Shown here: positions 59,790 through 64,000 of the stretch, piece by piece
How the letters are laid out: each line of letters opens with the position of its first letter
Position numbering within the stretch: position 1 is the stretch's first letter
The notes under the pieces: generated by a model
Database searches by the model: none
Told to the model about the DNA's origin: nothing
What the model saw: the letters and a program-made list of their open reading frames with translations, nothing else
NCBI GenBank assembly: GCA_944372795.1
Contig: CALWAF010000005.1
Coordinates: 489-64,488, forward strand
Source: an uncultured Clostridia bacterium
GTDB taxonomy: Bacteria; Bacillota; Clostridia; Christensenellales; CAG-917
Direction of reading: 5' to 3'
Length of the DNA stretch: 64,000 nt
Position numbers and translations under genes: made by a program

Positions 59790-60874
59790 TTTTTCTCCTC
59801 CGCCGCAGGAGGTGCGCTCTTCTCGAAGCAATGCTTCGGCAGCTTCCACGGTGTCCTTGTCTTCTTGATGTAATTGCCCTCCGAAAGGTCTGCCACGGGC
59901 ACGTCGTCGACTCCGTAGAAGAAGCGGGCGAAACGGTTGCCTTTGGCAAGACGGCGGAGCACGAATTTGTAGTTGGCGATGTCAAAGCGGTCAAGCTCCG
60001 TGACGTCGAGGACGCCCTCCTTCACCGCCGAGTTGACGCGTCTGAAACTTTGGCGCGTCATGCACACGAGGACGTACGCCACGCCGAGCACCAGCGCGAG
60101 AGGCGCAACGATGATGCACGCCACCTGCGTGACGGGCACCGCGTCGATGCGCAGCGACTCCAGCCACGCCCTGCCGAGGAAATACCAGAAAAAGTAGCAG
60201 AAGCCGAGTATGCCGGGAAAGCGCTTGTTCTTGCGCCATATGGCAAAGAAGATGACCGCGCCGATGAGATTCCACACCATCTCGTAGAAGAAGGTGGCGG
60301 CGAACCAGCCCGGAGTGTTGGCGTCCACGATGGGTCTGAACTCGGGCTCCACGCCCTGCGGCCGGTCTATCCACACCGCGAAGGGGAAAGTCTGATAGCG
60401 CGGATCGGTGATGGGGATGCCGAACGCCTCCTGATTGACGAAGTTGCCGAGCCTGCCTATGATCTGCCCCGTGAGCACGGGCACGACGATGAGATCGACG
60501 ATGTTGCCGAAGTTGCACTTCTTGCGTTTGCGGAAAGCGAATATGCCCGCGCCGATGAGACCGCCGACCAAACCGCCTATGATGGTGATGCCGCCGTCCC
60601 AGATGGCGATGACATCCACGAAATCGTCCCAGCTCTCGACGGGGAAATAGACGTCGGGACGCGCCCCCACATAAAAGACGCGGCAGAAGATGACGGCGAG
60701 CGGGATGACCCAAAGGAAGAGCTCCACCGCGTCATCGAGATCGAGGTTGATGCGCTTGCACTCAAAGCACACGATGGCAAGCCCCGCGATCATGCCGATC
60801 ACGATGATGATGCCGTACCACGCGACGTCCACGCCGCCTATGGAAAAGGCTATCTTGTCGATGGCAAGCAGCAT
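59786..60874 (-). CDS. lgt: Prolipoprotein diacylglyceryl transferase with a C-terminal extension of about 90 aa
   Basis: ATG 60874 (MLLAIDKIAFSIGGVDVAWYGIIIVIGM), GRLGNFVNQEAFG, and WFAATFFYEMVWN. Length is 362 aa, against about 270 aa typical. Confidence 0.85.
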   Translation of the reverse strand: MLLAIDKIAFSIGGVDVAWYGIIIVIGMIAGLAIVCFECKRINLDLDDAVELFLWVIPLAVIFCRVFYVGARPDVYFPVESWDDFVDVIAIWDGGITIIGGLVGGLIGAGIFAFRKRKKCNFGNIVDLIVVPVLTGQIIGRLGNFVNQEAFGIPITDPRYQTFPFAVWIDRPQGVEPEFRPIVDANTPGWFAATFFYEMVWNLIGAVIFFAIWRKNKRFPGILGFCYFFWYFLGRAWLESLRIDAVPVTQVACIIVAPLALVLGVAYVLVCMTRQSFRRVNSAVKEGVLDVTELDRFDIANYKFVLRRLAKGNRFARFFYGVDDVPVADLSEGNYIKKTRTPWKLPKHCFEKSAPPAAEEKK

Positions 60875-60876
60875 GC

Positions 60877-62163
60877 TCACACCTCCCCCGCAAAGGAGAC
60901 GCGGCACGCGCCGCTCTCGCGTATGAAGAGTCTGAAAACGTTGTTTTTGCCGAACTCGGCGTTAAGCACCTCATTTACGGCGTCTGAACGATCTTTTGCG
61001 ACAAAAAGCAGGATGGTGCCCGCAAACCCGCCGCCGTGCACGCGGCGCGCCAGCACGCCGTCGATGTGCGACACTTTCTCGAGGGCGAGCTCGATGGAGC
61101 GATCGCCGTGCTCCGACCAAAGGTTCTGCAATTTCTCCGCCGAGCTCCTGCCCGATGCGTTGACTTCGGCAAGGAATGCTTCCTCGTCGCCGTCTTCCAC
61201 CGCCTGCAAGGCGCGCTCGACACGGAGATTTTCCTCATAAAAATGTTCGGCGCGGAGAAGCGCTCGCGGAGGCAGAAGACCTCTCAACCCTTCCTCTTCG
61301 CTGTAGAAGGTCTCGGGGGGTACGTCACGCAGCACTGTGCCGCCGAGCGCCGCCGCCACCGACTTCATCTCTGCGGGGATCGCCGCGTAGTCGGCGGTGA
61401 GGTCGCTGTGGTCGCCGCCCGTCGCCACGACGTAGATGTCGAGGTCGTCGAAGCGCCACGATGCGCCCTTCACTTCGGGAGCGTCGAAGCTGCGGAAGTC
61501 GATCATATTCACGCCGCCGAGTGCGATCGCGCTCTGATCCATCAGCCCGCTGGGTTTGCCGAAATAGACGTTCTCGGCATACTGCGACGCCTTCGCCATG
61601 AAGATGGGGTCGAGGGAACCGTCGTTGTAGAAGCAGTTGAATATCTCCGCGATGATGAGCTCGAAGGAACTTGAAGAGGACACGCCGCTGCCCTTGGGCA
61701 CGACGGAGTCCATGCACGCGGTGAAACCGCCCGTGGCAATGCCCGCGCGGGAGAAATATTCCGCAACGCCCTTGATGAGAGCGACGGAAGTGCCCTGCTC
61801 CTTTTCATCGAAGGCGAGCTCGTCCAGCGAGACGCGCATGGTGGGATAGTTCTCGGACTTCACCTCGATGAGCCTGCCGCCCGTCTTACGGGCTGCGGCG
61901 AGGGTGTCCACGGTGACCGCGGCGGCAAGCACTTTGCCCGCGTTGTGGTCGGTGTGATTGCCCACGATCTCGATGCGTCCGGGGGAAGAGAAGAATTCCA
62001 CGTCCCCTTCGCCGAAGGTCTCCGCGTGTCTTGCCGCGAGTTTTCCGAAACGATGCGCATTCCTCGCTGCGGCGTCACCGTAGAGGGAGGTGAGCACTCT
62101 CGCGGAAGGCGCGGTATTTTTAAATTTATCCGTCGAAATCGTTGCCATCGTCGCGTTCTCCAT
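60877..62163 (-). CDS. galK: Galactokinase (GHMP kinase)
   Basis: GRIEIVGNHTDHNAG (galactokinase signature variant), PKGSGVSSSSS (GHMP ATP motif). Length is 428 aa. Confidence 0.85.
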   Translation of the reverse strand: MENATMATISTDKFKNTAPSARVLTSLYGDAAARNAHRFGKLAARHAETFGEGDVEFFSSPGRIEIVGNHTDHNAGKVLAAAVTVDTLAAARKTGGRLIEVKSENYPTMRVSLDELAFDEKEQGTSVALIKGVAEYFSRAGIATGGFTACMDSVVPKGSGVSSSSSFELIIAEIFNCFYNDGSLDPIFMAKASQYAENVYFGKPSGLMDQSAIALGGVNMIDFRSFDAPEVKGASWRFDDLDIYVVATGGDHSDLTADYAAIPAEMKSVAAALGGTVLRDVPPETFYSEEEGLRGLLPPRALLRAEHFYEENLRVERALQAVEDGDEEAFLAEVNASGRSSAEKLQNLWSEHGDRSIELALEKVSHIDGVLARRVHGGGFAGTILLFVAKDRSDAVNEVLNAEFGKNNVFRLFIRESGACRVSFAGEV

Positions 62164-62240
62164 ATATAATGTAAGAAGTATTTTTTATGATAGCACAGCA
62201 TTATCCCGTTTGCAAGGGAAATGCGGGTGTTGAGGGTTTT

Positions 62241-63791
62241 ATGTCTCCGCGCAAATCGTTTGAAGAACTTGCTAGGATCAACGTCGCAAACCTCGTGGAT
62301 TACGCCGTAAAATATCTCCATATGGACGACGCCGACGTCATCTACGCCACCAATACGCTGCTGGATATGATGGGGCTCACCGAGCCCGTCGAAGAGCCTG
62401 CGGCGAAGTATGACTTTTACGAAACGCTGTCCGCCCTCTCCGCCTATGCGGTAAAACGGGGCATCTGCCGCGAAGAGGACAGACTGCTCTTCGAGACGCG
62501 CATCATGGGCGCGCTCACTCCCCCGCCTTCCAAGGTCATCGAGACCTTCGACAACATCGCAGCGCAGAGCGGCAGCATGAAAGCCGCCGAGTGGCTGGGA
62601 GATCTTTCCGAAAGATCGGCGTACATCCGCCGTCCCGACATCGACCGCAACGTGCAGTGGGAATACGACAACCCCCGCGGCAAGATAGTCATCACCATCA
62701 ACCTCGCCAAGCCCGAGAAGACCCCCGAAGAGGTCAGACGCGCCAAAGAGGCAAAGACGGGCTATCCCAAGTGTATGCTCTGCGCCGAGAACGTGGGCTT
62801 CGCCGGCAACGCCGCGCATCCCGCCCGTCAGACCCTGCGCACCATCCCCTTCGAGCTGGACGGCGAGGAATGGTTCCTGCAATTCTCCCCCTACGTCTAC
62901 TTCGAGCAGCACGTCATCGCGATCTCCCGCGAGCATCGTCCCATGAACGTGAACGCCGCGACCTTCCGCCGTATGCTGGACTTTGTGGATCTCTTCCCCG
63001 GCTACTTCATCGGCTCCAACGCCGCGCTCCCCATCGTGGGCGGCTCCATCCTCGCGCACGACCACTACCAAGGCGGCAAAAAGGTGCTGCCCATCTTCGC
63101 ATCCGGTGCGCGCAGACGCTATCTGATGAAGGACTTCCCCGACGTCAACGTCTCCGTCGCAGAGTGGTATAACTCCGTGGTGCGCCTCGAAAGCAAGAAC
63201 CGCGCACAGCTCCTCGACGCCGCCGAAAAATTCCGCAGCGCGTGGGAGAACTACTCCGACGAGGGCGCGGACATCATCTGCCGCACCGAGAACGCCGACG
63301 GCACCTCCACCCCCCACAACGCAGTCACCCCCACCGCCTGCTTCAACGACGACGGGGAATATCAGATCAACCTCATCCTGCGCAACAACCGCACCGACGA
63401 GAAACACCCCTACGGCATCTTCCACCCCGCCGAGGAACTGCACAACATCAAACAGGAAGCCATCGGCATCATCGAGGTGCAAGGGCTCTTCATCCTCCCC
63501 GGCAGATTGCAGCGTGAGTGCGAGCAGATCAAAGACCTGCTCACGGGCAAGACTCCCCTCGACTTCAAATCCATCGCCGAGAACGGTCATCCCCTCAACA
63601 AGCACCTCGGCATGATCGCCCAGCTGGTCGCCGACGGCGGCACCGAAATGTCCGACGAAAAGGCGGGCGACGCCATCACCGCCTACATCAACACCGCGTG
63701 CGAGAAGATCTTGGACACCACCGCCGTCTTCAAGAACACCGAAGACGGACAAGCCCGCTTCGACAAATTCATCCGCTCGGTGATCGAGTGA
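62241..63791 (+). CDS. galT: UDP-glucose--hexose-1-phosphate uridylyltransferase, type 2
   Basis: ATG 62241 (MSPRKSFEELARINVANLVDYAV). The active-site region is GGSILAHDHYQGG. Length is about 516 aa, and it is divergent from galK. Confidence 0.9.
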   Translation: MSPRKSFEELARINVANLVDYAVKYLHMDDADVIYATNTLLDMMGLTEPVEEPAAKYDFYETLSALSAYAVKRGICREEDRLLFETRIMGALTPPPSKVIETFDNIAAQSGSMKAAEWLGDLSERSAYIRRPDIDRNVQWEYDNPRGKIVITINLAKPEKTPEEVRRAKEAKTGYPKCMLCAENVGFAGNAAHPARQTLRTIPFELDGEEWFLQFSPYVYFEQHVIAISREHRPMNVNAATFRRMLDFVDLFPGYFIGSNAALPIVGGSILAHDHYQGGKKVLPIFASGARRRYLMKDFPDVNVSVAEWYNSVVRLESKNRAQLLDAAEKFRSAWENYSDEGADIICRTENADGTSTPHNAVTPTACFNDDGEYQINLILRNNRTDEKHPYGIFHPAEELHNIKQEAIGIIEVQGLFILPGRLQRECEQIKDLLTGKTPLDFKSIAENGHPLNKHLGMIAQLVADGGTEMSDEKAGDAITAYINTACEKILDTTAVFKNTEDGQARFDKFIRSVIE

Positions 63792-63809
63792 TGATCACTT
63801 CGCAACCGC

Positions 63810-63836
63810 AAAAGCCGCTCTCGGAGCGGCTTTTTT
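63810..63836 (+). terminator. galT terminator
   Basis: GCCGCTC (63814-63820) pairs with GAGCGGC (63824-63830), followed by TTTTTT. Confidence 0.8.
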
Positions 63837-64000
63837 ATATCCCTCAAAGGCACAGAGGCAAACCACCGACGCGGAGGAGGCGGCGTGCTCGGAGGTGAAA
63901 TAGAGTGTGCGTCTCGCAGGGAATGTTGCTCCCCCTCCTTCCCTTCGTGATAGAGTCCTGTCCTCTATCATGGAAGTATTGCTTACCCCCTTCCTGCGGG

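Overview
This is a 64-kb stretch of a GC-rich chromosome. Its gene content suggests an endospore-forming Firmicute (Clostridia-like): a SpoVT / SpoVB-YabM-type flippase / YabN-MazG / DusB block, AddAB, a Bacillus-type DnaB/DnaD protein next to a DnaI-like loader, type-2 GalT, and tRNAs with encoded CCA. About 45 credible CDSs are mostly housekeeping: coaE-polA, pgk-tpiA-gpmI, ppdK, corA, addBA, galK-lgt-pncB/galT, a replication-loader pair, and small regulators. I also call 2 tRNAs (Val-GAC, Arg-ACG) and one preQ1-I riboswitch in front of queT.

Five things stand out. (1) An AT-rich accessory island fills the first ~2.67 kb and runs off the left edge. It carries an HTH gene and a very large, partly coiled-coil protein behind a perfect consensus promoter, and its right junction is marked by a tRNA 3'-end fragment. 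(2) A four-gene operon (ABC ATPase, 12-TM-type permease, two paralogous ~950-aa membrane-anchored Big_2 + beta-helix proteins) has no function I can assign. (3) Three loci carry duplicated tRNA 3' ends or gene 3' ends with their terminators, although no integrase or transposase lies in the window. (4) A family of short dispersed repeats and strong hairpins fills the long non-coding gaps, especially the 0.9-kb gap at 20.8-21.7 kb. (5) Several proteins have unusual architectures (VanZ with a Big_2 ectodomain, Lgt with a C-terminal extension, PGK with an insertion).

I could not assign any known defence, CRISPR or secretion system. The island and the ABC/Big_2 operon are my best candidates for something undescribed, and both remain inference. 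Many very long ORFs in the track are antisense artefacts of GC-rich coding DNA and were rejected. CDS ends follow the ORF track. Coordinates of hairpins and repeats were indexed by hand and may be off by 1-2 nt.
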